64,000 nucleotides of DNA from positions 4,574,844 to 4,638,843 of the forward strand of contig NW_002060949.1 in assembly GCF_000150275.1 (NCBI RefSeq), written 5' to 3'. Both the position numbers and the translations under genes were made by a program. Source of the DNA: Trichoplax adhaerens (lineage: Eukaryota; Animalia; Placozoa). Positions 13,701 through 25,418 of this stretch are shown one piece after another. The first letter of the stretch is position 1. The number at the start of each line of letters is the position of its first letter. A model generated the notes under the pieces. That model had not been told where the DNA came from. It ran no database searches and saw only the letters and a list, made by a program, of their open reading frames with translations.

Positions 13701-16700
13701 ATTATTCAAGTACCTTTAAGTCAGTCCAATCCCTTTTTCGACGCTTATATTCGTGAAACCATCTATTTAACTTCTTTTTCGAAGACAGTAAAAGACATTT
13801 TCCTTTGTAAGACGTTAGAAATGTTAAAGTCTAAGAAATAAAGATGTATAGAAAATTAGTATGTGTTTTTTGTTATTAAATTATATAATATCGTATTTGC
13901 GGATTAGTACAATATACCGGCAAGTATCTTCCCAATTCTTCTGGATAAATAAAGACACAACCTTGTTTCTTGTAAACGCAAGCATGGTATATGTCGATAA
14001 CACATTCAGCTTGATAGCGACATAATTGAGTGGCTAAATTGGTTGGTATTGTATTCTCATCTGATAAGATAATATTCGTAACATTATCTGAACTGTCATA
14101 CAGCACCTTACTGGAAGCTTTCCGATCTAAATCCCTCTGTCGCCTTATAATTTGATTATCAAGAAATTTATGGGCACTATCAACTATCTTGTCCATTTGA
14201 TCTACTGATTTAGCTCTTGAATCTGTCCTTTTACGTTTTCTAGTCGTGCTACCTATTGGCTTACATGGTGAGGAATTACGTCTGTGTACGATCTTTCCAC
14301 CATTACCAGATGCAGTGACTGATGTTGATTGATTCTTCGTATCACTTTGGATCGGAGTAAATGATGATTTGAATTTAAGATCAGATTTTACTGAGTTAAT
14401 AGTAGGAGATAAGGATAACGAAAGTGGAGACTTGTTATTGGAAGAATTAATTTTATTAGACTTTGATGCGGGCTGTTCCATCACAGGTAGGGTCATATTT
14501 GATATGTTACTTTCCTTATTTAAACCTTGTAATGATGGCATTTTGTTTTTTAATGAAGCCTCATGATAGGACCCTTTAGGTATTGTTTTATTCCGAGTAT
14601 CGAAGATTGGATTATCAGTAAATATCGCTGAGGAGCCTGCGCCAGAGATATTACTTCTCTGATTTATATCTTGAGATTTTGATTGTTCTTGCGACGGCTT
14701 ATTGCCAAATGATCCATTTGATGGAAATAATATGGAACCATTGGATAACAAATCATCATTGTCAAGTATAGTAAATAAGCTTATATTAGAAGTACTGTTG
14801 CCTTCATTTTTACATTGTGATTGCATTTGTTCAATTACCGATGAACCACTACTCGGCTTAAATTTGCAGCTAATGGAAATCTCGTTCGATCTAATTACTT
14901 CGGGATCGCTATAACATAAAGCTGTGTTGGTTTGTATTCGCTTAGAAGAGGGCAACATCGATTTCTCTGTGGTGTGAGAACTTTCTAATAGCTCTCTGTG
15001 ATATAATGTGAAACGTTCGTCATAATTATCATCGTCATCATCGTTGCTTTCATCAAATATAATTGACGAATCATCATACTTTTCGCCTAATTTCTTTCTG
15101 TGTTTTTTACAAATATGGTACCTGTGATAAATATCCAGATGGTCTTTTGAACTATTATTTCGTTTCGTTAGATATTGTCTTAATTCCTATATTGCCATGT
15201 AATTATATTCAGGAATATGTTCCGTTATTGACCAGAAAACGAAATAAAATCGGGTAACTCTATCCTTATTGTTACTCACATTGTATTCAGACAAAAACGA
15301 CTGTTTTTCTGTACCATTATCTATATCTTGCAATTTTTCTGTACTATTATCTATATCTTGCAATTCGTCCTAAAGGTGTCGAAATTTTTATCCTATGTTA
15401 GTAATTAGAGCACAGAAAAGCCAATAAGTCTGATACTGACCATAACAAAGTCTGAAGTTCTATAAATATCTTGATCTTGACTAGTCAATTTTTGCATGAT
15501 AATGTTATTATTGATTTCATCGCAGACAACTCCTATTGACACAATTCATATCCGAAAGTTAATTTATAAAATGCGTTCTTCTGTTTTTGTGATAATTATA
15601 GTAGGATCGCGAATTGTACCTCGGTAAATCAATTCCTTGATGTATGATTCATCCAGGTTAGTTTTTGATGACTGATCCCAAATACTTTTACCGAGTTGTA
15701 ACAAGAAATTTCGATGTTCACAAACATTCACCGTTGAAAGGTCTTTAATTTCAAGATACCAGGCGTACAAGAGAAGAAGCACAACCTAAATTTTCAACAA
15801 AAAAAATGAGATTTGTACTCCGTTAGATATGCCATCTACAGATAATTGTAGAAGTCTAGTTAAAACAGTGACTTGCTATAATAAGTACATCAGATTAATA
15901 GTAATTGCGATTTTTTAAATCAATCTAATTTCTGAAGTGATTAAAATATTCCAATTTATAAATTTAAAGTAAAATAGTGCACATAATATATCGACTAGAT
16001 TACTAGTAGTTATAAATAGACTACACAGTCGTTGTCACTTAAGCAGATACTAACTTTAGCAATTTCCAACTCGTCATTTTCTAAGTTTGTCAATTTTATC
16101 ACCCCTTCGAAAGATTGGTAAGTGAGATCTGTAAAAAAAGTAATATAGCTTCATTTTTAATTATGTAAACTTTTAGCAGTATAATTTGTGTAGTTATGAT
16201 AACGTATCATTTAAGGTTATAAATATCGTGATTACCATATGATTAGAATTAATTTTATAATATCAACAAATACTATCGTAGTGTAAGTTGGCGCTAAAAC
16301 TTTTATTTTTTCTGATAGTAAAATTTGTGGTGGGTACAGAAATCAGTTATCAAAGGACGTGGTATATAGACAGGTAAATATCTTTCTTGAGCTGACTACA
16401 TAGACAGTAATAATAAGCTAGCGATTACCTTTAAGCGTTATAGAATCGACCAGCGATACTATCATTTAGTAGCAAATAAATTTTGATTCAACAAAACTCT
16501 ATATTATCAAACTAATCTACGGTGATGTTCTTTGTTGCATTTGAAAAGCATGAAGAGTTAAACAAGAATATTTACGGGCCTGTATTCTACTTGTGTACCT
16601 TCGAGATAATCTATAATTCTAGTAAATCGTGATCGAACCGGTAATTTTACTAACGATGCATAGTCTAGTCCATCCTCTTCTTCGCTATCACTATGACGAA

Positions 16701-17270
16701 CATTAAAGAAGTGAAATTACGATTAAAAAAGATTGACCTTTAAGCCATGTTACCAATGTATGATCTGATATGTGAACTGTAGTATTAATAAGCGTTGATT
16801 AATTAAATTTGTAAATGTGACTTTAAGGAAATATGGATAAATTTATTTCATAAACAATTATAAAAAAAATATTAATTAAAAATATATGTTGATATATTTC
16901 TTACTGTAACAGTTTTTCAGCTACGAAACATAATCGCTCGCTATTGGCAAATTGACGAAACGACGTAACTCGATCTTCATGATGGTAAGTGTTGACCTTT
17001 AGGAAACAAAAGTACTCGTAAAGAGGCAATATTATTAATGAATGTAATTGTTCTTATTTGAAAATAATTTAAAAACAGCACAGGGGTAATAGATTAAATC
17101 GTAATGTGAATATCCCTTAACTAAAGGTGTCATTAATTTTTGAATTATAATCATAATAGTAATTATGATTTCTTGGAAAGTACGCAAAGGTATAGATTTA
17201 CCTTACGTGCGTTTAGAAAAGCTGGTAATGATAATGGGTTTATGATCCAAATATTACAGTAGGACAATTA
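10757..17270 (-). CDS. Multi-exon SNF2-family (ATRX/RAD54L2-like) protein with degenerate ATPase motifs; 5' end unresolved
   Basis: Spliced exons give LCRYQAECV..KQGCVFIYPEELGRYLP (Q motif/motif I), WKQISGVLLLSYNTY, LQSPGSDLVICDDDF (motif II), RKIEHVVFLRLNDEQTQLY, SKYLILDCLI..SEKIVVVY, INLTEVDRIVFWD, DTAEEKLFFER and NDTVLKECL..WIVDVRQYDSF. These are colinear with the ATRX helicase region as I recall it. A long Ser/Asn-rich exon lies at 15190-13918. Stop is at 10757-10759. Confidence 0.8.
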
Positions 17271-18859
17271 TTCCATGCAACATCAACATTTTCGGCTTAA
17301 CAATGTCTTCGGATACAAATGTATACCATAGTATAGTAAATAGCGTTTTTGTCATAATCGACTCTTTGCTACATTCGACTGCGTACTAGTATGTTAATGA
17401 TGGAAAAGGCATGTAATACCGCAATAAATAAGTCCTATTTTTTACAGTAGATCTTGTGGCAGTACCTCAATTCATCTACGTATTAACCATACTACTATAT
17501 TAGGTATCGTGTGTAAAATACTGTGCATTAAAAAGGCTTGGTATTGATACCGTGTAAATTATACAGTATGTTCTACTGCTGTCCTTACGCGTATGTGTCA
17601 TATCTCGCCAAGAACAATAATTATTATTATTACATTATTAGTCATTTCTGCTATCAATTAATGATAGGCAATTATGCGAATTATGTTATAGGAGTGCCTG
17701 AATTCAACATCTAATTAGCCATACTTACAGTATAACACTGTATAGCAAATTGAGAAAATTTCTAGGTTTCCTGTGTTTTCTAAGCTAATTCAAGCAAAAC
17801 ATAGCCGATAAAGTATAGAAAATATTTTTACTGTGGCACGGTGATTATAATGTGAGAGACGGCACAAATTAAGTTTATTATCCAGGTAAACCTTTAGACT
17901 TGAAGTAGGTTGATCACAAGATGATAGACTTGAAAGCTTGATACAAAATCGGTATCATATATACTGTATAGGCATTGCATATATACGATATATATAATAT
18001 ATACAGTATAAATGGCGCGATTGGATACATTGCCTACAATACTCGCGCCAGTATCACTCTAACCAGGGCATGATGGTAGCTGGAAATGACGAGAACTGCT
18101 TACGAGTAGAACACTGTCATCATTAATTATTATCATTGAGTAGAGAGCAAACGTAGACTGATTTGTCCATACCGACAGATGTGCATGCTTATAGGCGGGA
18201 ATTTCCCTACAAACATTACACGTAGGGCATAGGAACCCTTACTAAGGCAGTAAAAGAAGAAAGCGGACACTTTCCAATAACTTCTTGCTATCGATTTGGA
18301 TATTATTTGACAGTCGTAGCAAGAGAATATAGTCATGTTTAGCTTTGGCATCAAAAACTTGCGTCTGTCCAGGACAGGACATCTGCATTATGGCATCTAT
18401 GGTACAGCTCTTGATGCAATAGCTCTTGATTAAGTTATTATGATTATTATTTTAAGAAGAAAGTGGCGTTTGGTAAATTTGTCGTTCTTGCTCGTTGACA
18501 ATTCATTAATCTGTATGCTAATGGAATAGTAAATGAATATTTTATATTGGAAAGAAGGAAACTTACCCACTTGAGTAAATGCTTCTTCACTTGATGGTTC
18601 ATACCTCCTTGAGTAAGTTAATCTTGAATGAAAAATGAAGCGTCAAGAAATACTAGGGTGATTTTTGTCATGAATTCTTCACTTCTTTTTGCATGTATTG
18701 ATCAATCATAAGCATACTCAATCGTCATAAGATCTACAGGTTGGAATCGCTGATTGTCCTCTCCAATTTCCTTTATTCAGAACATCATGTCAATCTTTGT
18801 CCTGTATTATTTGATTGTTCAGAAACTGGACTGTCTTTGGTATTGACTGGTAGAAATTT

Positions 18860-19620
18860 GCAGATTATTTCTGGATAATACCGTGCTTGCTCAAGCTGTA
18901 TATCAAGGAGTTCTCTTGTAAGGTGCATTGATAGCAGCATATATATCTGATATTTATTCCACTAGGTGTGGTGAAAAAGCATACAGGCATTACAGGGGCA
19001 TGCCTTCCACATTAACTTGGCTGCTGTAACCATGGAGAAGTTTCTTACCTCACTAAATTGACTGACCATTAGACCTGAGTGACCATGCAGTATTGAGTAA
19101 TTGTGCTGTAGTCTACAGTACAGTACAGTACTGTATGCTCTACAGTCTACAGTGTTTTTACTGTTACAGTACTGTACTGTACTGTAGTTCTTGCACGCAA
19201 TGCACGGTGTAGTTGGTGCATAGACTGCAGTTTAATCCTCTATTATTTCTAGACAACACTGTGTTAGCTCAAGGTGGATATCAAGGAGTTCTCTTGCAAG
19301 GTGCATTGATAGCAGCAGCATATACTGCATATCTGCTATTAGTACCTATTACTACACTACGTAAAAAAGGAAAGAGCATACAGGGGTATGCCATACACGT
19401 TAACTTGGCTACGCTGTAACCATGGAGAGGTTTCTTACCTCTTACCATACTGTTCAGTATTGCGTAGTCTATGCGTTATAGTCTACAGTACAGTATGATC
19501 CACAGGGCTTTTCCTGTCCTGTTACAGTACTGTACTGTACGCGTATTAATGTACTGTACTGTACAGTGTACAGTACTGTCGCTCTTGTAGTTGTGCATTA
19601 ATTGTGCATGGACTGCAGTT
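18860..19620. repeat. Diverged direct duplication, two ~360-390-bp units each ending in CAGTA/TACTG runs
   Basis: TATCAAGGAGTTCTCTTG(T/C)AAGGTGCATTGATAGCAGCA ... CTGTAACCATGGAGA(A/G)GTTTCTTACCTC occurs at ~18900-19050 and ~19280-19442. Confidence 0.85.
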
Positions 19621-19694
19621 TCATCTTCCTGAGTGCTAAAAGAAATTCTTTTAGGATCTCTATTGAAGCTTTATAACTGAGATGAGCCATGGAC

Positions 19695-20010
19695 TACTAC
19701 TGTAGAAAAAGGCCTTGCTCTAGTAGTCCAGGTAGAGTACTGTATAGTACAGTACAGTATTGCAGTCCAGATAGAGTACCGTACTGTACAGTACAGTATC
19801 TGTGACGTCATTCGCGTTGAAGCCTACAGTACTGTACAGTACAGTGTACAGTGTACAATACAGTAAAATGTTCGTACTTACTACTGTAGAAAAAGGCCTT
19901 GCCTACAGTACAGTACAGTACAGTACTGTAGTAGTCCAGATAGAGTAGAGTACAGTAGAGTACAGTACAGTACAGTATCTGTGACGTCATTCACTTTGAA
20001 GCCTACAGTA
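19695..20010. promoter_or_regulatory. Duplicated ~180-bp promoter module, each copy with a full CRE (TGACGTCA), upstream of caspase A
   Basis: TACTACTGTAGAAAAAGGCCTTG...TCTGTGACGTCATTC..TGAAGCCTACAGTA occurs twice. TGACGTCA is at 19803-19810 and 19982-19989, 250-430 bp before the ATG. Confidence 0.5.
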
Positions 20011-20238
20011 CACGCACGACTAAAGCAAAATGTAGCTCAAAAAAGCCTGTCTCTGAGAGTCACAACCATAGAGTAAAATGAAACAATTCCTTCCTTTTAA
20101 CTCTATATTCACTAGTATGGTTTCAAACCAAGCCTTGAGCAGTGGGGCCCCGCTAGTTTCCCCTATATTGAGCAGGCGTAGAACAGGTTCAACAGGCAGC
20201 ATCGTTTTGGCATTCTGACTGATCTCAACGCAATAAAA

Positions 20239-23200
20239 ATGGCTACGGTTGTAGGCCTAGCGAGAGAGGATCGCGATTTACTCCAGCATAATTACAATAA
20301 TCTACTCAGCAACTTGCAGGCAAAAATTGATTTTGTCATTACTATTGCGTATACTAAGAAGTTAATCGATGGATACGATAAAACTACTATTGAAGGAGAA
20401 AGTGATGCTTACAAGTAAGTACAGTACCATACTGTAGGTCATGATAAGCATAACATGAAACTGGATAGGATCGATGATGTTGAACGTAGTCATGTAGTTT
20501 TACACTGTTGCTATCTTGTTCAAATCTTGTGTTTCTCTCACTCTCTCTTCTCTTGTTACTGTCAAATGAATCAGCAAAAATACCGTATTAATACTGTTGG
20601 TTATAGTGGTCTACTTTTTACTTTCTATTCGATAAAAGTCTTTGAACTGGATCGACGGTAGTGTGAACGCTGTATTGATTATTTGCAACTTTATTGTCAT
20701 TTTTAGTCAGTTTCCGTAGCGTTCAATAACACATACTGTAGCTGACATGCTTGATATTGACACTTAATTTTGAAATAAACATCCATTTTCAACTTAATAT
20801 TTTGGGAAATTTCTCAACATACTGTACAGTACTTTATTGCACTGTGCTGTAAAAGCAATAACTCTACTACGGTACTGTACAGTACATTAATCTACACAAC
20901 AGTACGACAGTATATTGAAATTGATCAAACTCGTTTACTTTCTATTTTGGTATGTGAACGTACATCAACAGTTATTCTTATTTAGGTAAGTATTAAAGCA
21001 GGATAAAAAACATGAAAGACAGTACAGTACATGCTTTTTTTTTAGCAGTACACCAGTAATACTGCCGCACTGTGCCTCGTACGTTAGTTTTAGTTTTTTT
21101 TTGATACAAATGTACAATCTTACGCAATAGCTATTACTGATGCCGTATTGCTAACATCAGTCTGTAAAAGTAGACATACTCGTACGTATTCGAAGAAGAA
21201 AGGTAATAACAGCATCAATCTTCATCAACGCACTGTATCTCATACGATAGTTTTATCATCTTACAATGCAGCTCAAACTGATACATTAGTCTGCAAAAGT
21301 AGATATACAGTAAATATTTGGACAAGCAAAGGGAAAAATGACATCGATGCTTATCAACACAGTACTATGTAATAATACCCTACTGAACTACCTTACTGGA
21401 TCTCATAGCTTACCTTTATGATACAGATTGATAATCTTACGATACAACTATTACTTATACTACTAAGATCAATCTGGAAGAAATAGCCATTCAACTTGAA
21501 GACTAGCTGTTCGATTTTTGAAGTTGAATAATAAGAATACAGTAGTATATCTAGGTGTCTAAACAGTATAGTACAGTGCAGATACGTCAAAATATTACGA
21601 GTGAGATGTTATACTTGTTCTGCCAGAAAAAGTAAAGACTGGGCTAATGTCTATCAATACGGTATCGCACTGTAGACTCGTATGTTAGTTTGATCATACA
21701 GATTGATAATTAATCTTACGATGCGGCTACTACTTACTGTGCTCTGCTAAGATAACTCCGGAACAAGTAGACATACACGCACTTGTTCTAAGAGGAAAAA
21801 GTTTAAACTACATCAACGGTGATCAACCCTATTTTAGAAAAACGCGTAAATTCTTGGATATCGTACCTTCTCGCGGATCGAAAGCTTTAGAATTACTATT
21901 GGAAGTAATTGATGAAACGGTAAACCCAGCTGTCAGCAAGGATATACGAGACCAGAGGAAGGCTAAACAACAGTCGCTTAAGCCAGGTAAACAGCAGTTA
22001 GACAATTTTAATGGTATAAAAATGCATCTAATTACTTTATTCCTCTGATTTTGTAAACAAGTGAGAAGATTACAAAATTTAAGGCGATATCATGAATAAA
22101 TAATTTGTAGGCTTACCTACTACAGTATACTACCTATAGCAACACATAGATACGAATACAATCCATTAACAGGAAAGATGGCAGTATTATACTATAAAGT
22201 ATAGTACAGTACAGTACAGGACATACCTCAGTACAATCAAAATCGACCTACCCCGTTTCTCACAATAGCAAAATATTGATATTAGACAATAAATATATCG
22301 ACTATATTATTAGTTTCTAATTTTAAATATTGTCTCATTTTAACCTAACTAATGTAAATGAGGTATTATTATCTTGTTACATATTGCAGCAAATCGTAAA
22401 GTGACTCCGAGATCAACAAATGAATCAGATTCTTCTACAGTTTCTACAGCTGAAAGCGAACAAACTTCAACCATGGAAATAGGTATGAGAATAGCTACTA
22501 TGCTGTGAGTTCATTGTAGATTATTGTAAACTGTATAAACTGTAGATTGGCAGGTATATAACGTAGAGCATAAGAGAAATCTTATCACAGCGATCTATGC
22601 GTTATTTTGTGTCACTAGTTAAAATTTTAACAAATATTGATTCAACTCTACTACTACATTTATAGAAATTACTATAATATTAATACGTATCCAATTTCGA
22701 AATCGTCCTTGATTGGTGTTATTGGAGATCATTTTGGGGCATTCCAAACTAAAGTATTCAATTCTGTAAATTACTATTGCATTTCTAGTTGATCCTGAAA
22801 GTGGCGGTGGTACGATATCACTATATGATGATTTTGATTCTGCACCGATAAGAAGAAGTCCTATTCTTAGTGAACAATATTTGTATAAGATGGAAAATAA
22901 GCCGCTTGGCTATGCTTTGATTATCAATAATAGGTTAATGATCTACGGTGATACGTTAGGTGTCATATTTTTTGTATTTATAAACTATCAATCATTAACC
23001 GTATACAATTTTATCTCTTTATCTTGTTAATAACTAGAAAATTCATTGGGATGCCTGAACGTAAAGGTAGCGATAGAGACGCTAAAGGTATGCAAACTCT
23101 ATTGGTAAATCTAGGCTACAAAGTAGCAATAGGCGACGATTTGAGTGCAGCTCAAATGAAAGATGTATTACAACGATGGGCCGCCAAGGATCATAGTACT

Positions 23201-23773
23201 TGTGATAGCTTCGTATGCGTGTTATTAAGCCATGGCGAGCAAGGTAAAATATTTGGCACTGATACCGACGTGGATATCGAAGAATTACTTGGACTGTTTA
23301 GAGGTAATCGTTGCGCTTCACTGGCTGGAAAGCCAAAGTTATTTTTTATTCAAGCTTGTCGTGGTACAAACTTTGATGAAGCTGTCGATCACATTGACGG
23401 CGTTCCTGATGAATCAGCACTAAATGCAGAAGGTTATGAGGATGAAGTTGATGCTAAAACTCGACAAACATTACCATCTGAAGCAGATTTTTTAATTGCC
23501 TATTCGGTTGTTCCAGGTTATTATTCTTGGAGAAATTCTACAAATGGCTCTTGGTTTATGCAAGCAGTTATTGACATTTTTACTAAATATTATAAGCAAC
23601 TGGATCTTATAACAATGTTAACTATTGTTAATAATTCAGTTGCAACGGTCGAATCTTCAACAAGTGATCCGAGATTCAATAATAAAAAGCAGATCCCTAG
23701 CTGTGTTAACATGCTACGTAAGCTAGTCTACTTTAATTCAGAAGCAGTCAAAAATCACGGTATTTTTGGTTAA
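20239..23773 (+). CDS. Caspase A: N-terminal CARD-like death-fold plus caspase-3/7-like catalytic domain
   Basis: Exons 20239-20414, 21838-21986, 22390-22482, 22789-22933 and 23038-23773, all phase-compatible. CARD-like segment DRDLLQHNYNNLLSNL...KTRKFLDIVPSRGSKALELLLEVI. Catalytic motifs YALIINN, LSHG, QACRG, YSWRN..GSWF and KKQIP. Confidence 0.93.
21110..21790. repeat. Degenerate ~140-175-bp tandem repeat (4-5 units) in caspase A intron 1
   Basis: The pattern TCTTAC(G/A)...AA(A/G)TAG(A/C)(C/T)AT recurs at ~21119, ~21259, ~21435 and ~21714, with a weaker unit near 21590. Confidence 0.6.
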
Positions 23774-25418
23774 GTACAAACTGTTAACCTAGAGAATAAC
23801 TATAGAAGATTGTGATTCTATACTTTTATTCGATGTACTACATTTACACGAATCCTTGACTAGTACTGTAGAACTATAACCTTAAAACAGTATCCCTTTT
23901 TTACTAGCAGTATCTGTGATTATAATCGGAAATTTTTATCTATTGTTATGTAATCTTTGTAATGCGTTAGACTAACATTTTCTATTAAGCTTTTAATATC
24001 TATCTTCAACGTAAATATTGGAATTGTGTTTTGTAAGTTCATTTCATGGTTGTACTGAAAAGAAATGTTTTTATGCAGCGGTAATCTAAACTACTGTTTA
24101 TTTGGCTTACATCTATAAACCCAGCTGATGACTTATAGATAGTTCCTCACTTACCTATTTCTGATGAAACCGTTTCAATAAAGTATACCTCCATGGTGAA
24201 GTATACGCGTACAGTAGTTAGACAATATGCAAATATACGTTAAGCATAATATTAGATATTGAACCCGGTATATTAACTTTAATAATTTTTATAACAACTT
24301 CCTAAACTTAAACGTTTAAACCTCCTTATCGTTAATCATTAGAATGTTGTCATTAAGTAATTCCTATTGGAATTCCAAAATCGTTCAATAATTGCAGTAA
24401 TTATGCCAATTATTTAGACTATCGACTAATAAAGTTTTACAAATCTAATTTTAAATTCATTATTAGTTTTCTAGATACATTGAAGCTATCAATTCTGTAG
24501 ATTATGTTTCTATAGTTCAATTAAAGATACTCTTTCTCTTTTAACTTAAATGTCTAAATCTTTGGTTAGGTGTCTATAATCTTTGCAGTTTATTACTAAT
24601 TTATATGAGTTAAAAGATCGTGTAATAAAGTATGAACTATGGATTATAATAATTATTGAGATTTGTCAACTAATAAAGCCTACTGTTAGGCATAAACGCA
24701 GTGCATTGATTGTTATTATTCTAGCTCGTCTACGTAAACGTAAATTCTGTTTGATGACGCTACCTTACGTTACTATGCATTCCTTGAAATACTCTAAAGA
24801 CTGTCACCTTCCTACTACTTTATATTGCTACCATTGATAAATTGACAAATAAAAGCGCTGTACTACAAGATTAGCAGATTTGAAGCACGTCTACATAGGA
24901 CAGATTTGGATGATATTGTGGTTTAAGCACAAGGCCGTTGACCATATATTGTGTGAGAAGAAACAGTAGTTCAGCGCAAAAGAAAGAAAGAGTTATTAAA
25001 GTTTTATGAAATTTTATTGCAGCATTTCATTCTCTGTTTAATTAAAAATCCTCTTTATTCAAAGAAATATTATAAAAATAGAAGAGGTAAAAATTCTCTA
25101 ATGCAGTATGTTAATGCATGTAGTAATTATCATTCTGGAAATTGATTTTAGATCCTTAGCTAAGATAGTACGATAACTATAAATCTGAAATGATGTTAAA
25201 GGTAAAAACTTTAATTTACGTTGTAGGCCAGCTCGTCTTCTATATAGGAATGAATGTTCATTGTAATACAATACGAGTCCAGTAAAGTATATTAAAACAC
25301 TCCAACTTACAAACTTTCAATTTACGTTGGACGTCAGTTCGTTTCTATGTGAACGAATTTTTACTCCACTATTCAAGCAAATAGTAATCTTCTTTTACTA
25401 TTATCATTTGTGAATACG

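Noticed and set aside
18197-18206. Perfect kappa-B-like site GGGAATTTCC 2 kb upstream of caspase A
   Set aside because: A single 10-mer with no clustering, so not distinguishable from chance.
19080-20010. CRISPR-like or MITE-like reading of the interspersed CAGTA repeats
   Set aside because: Eukaryotic context with simple pentamer runs; no fixed repeat-spacer period, terminal inverted repeats or target-site duplication.
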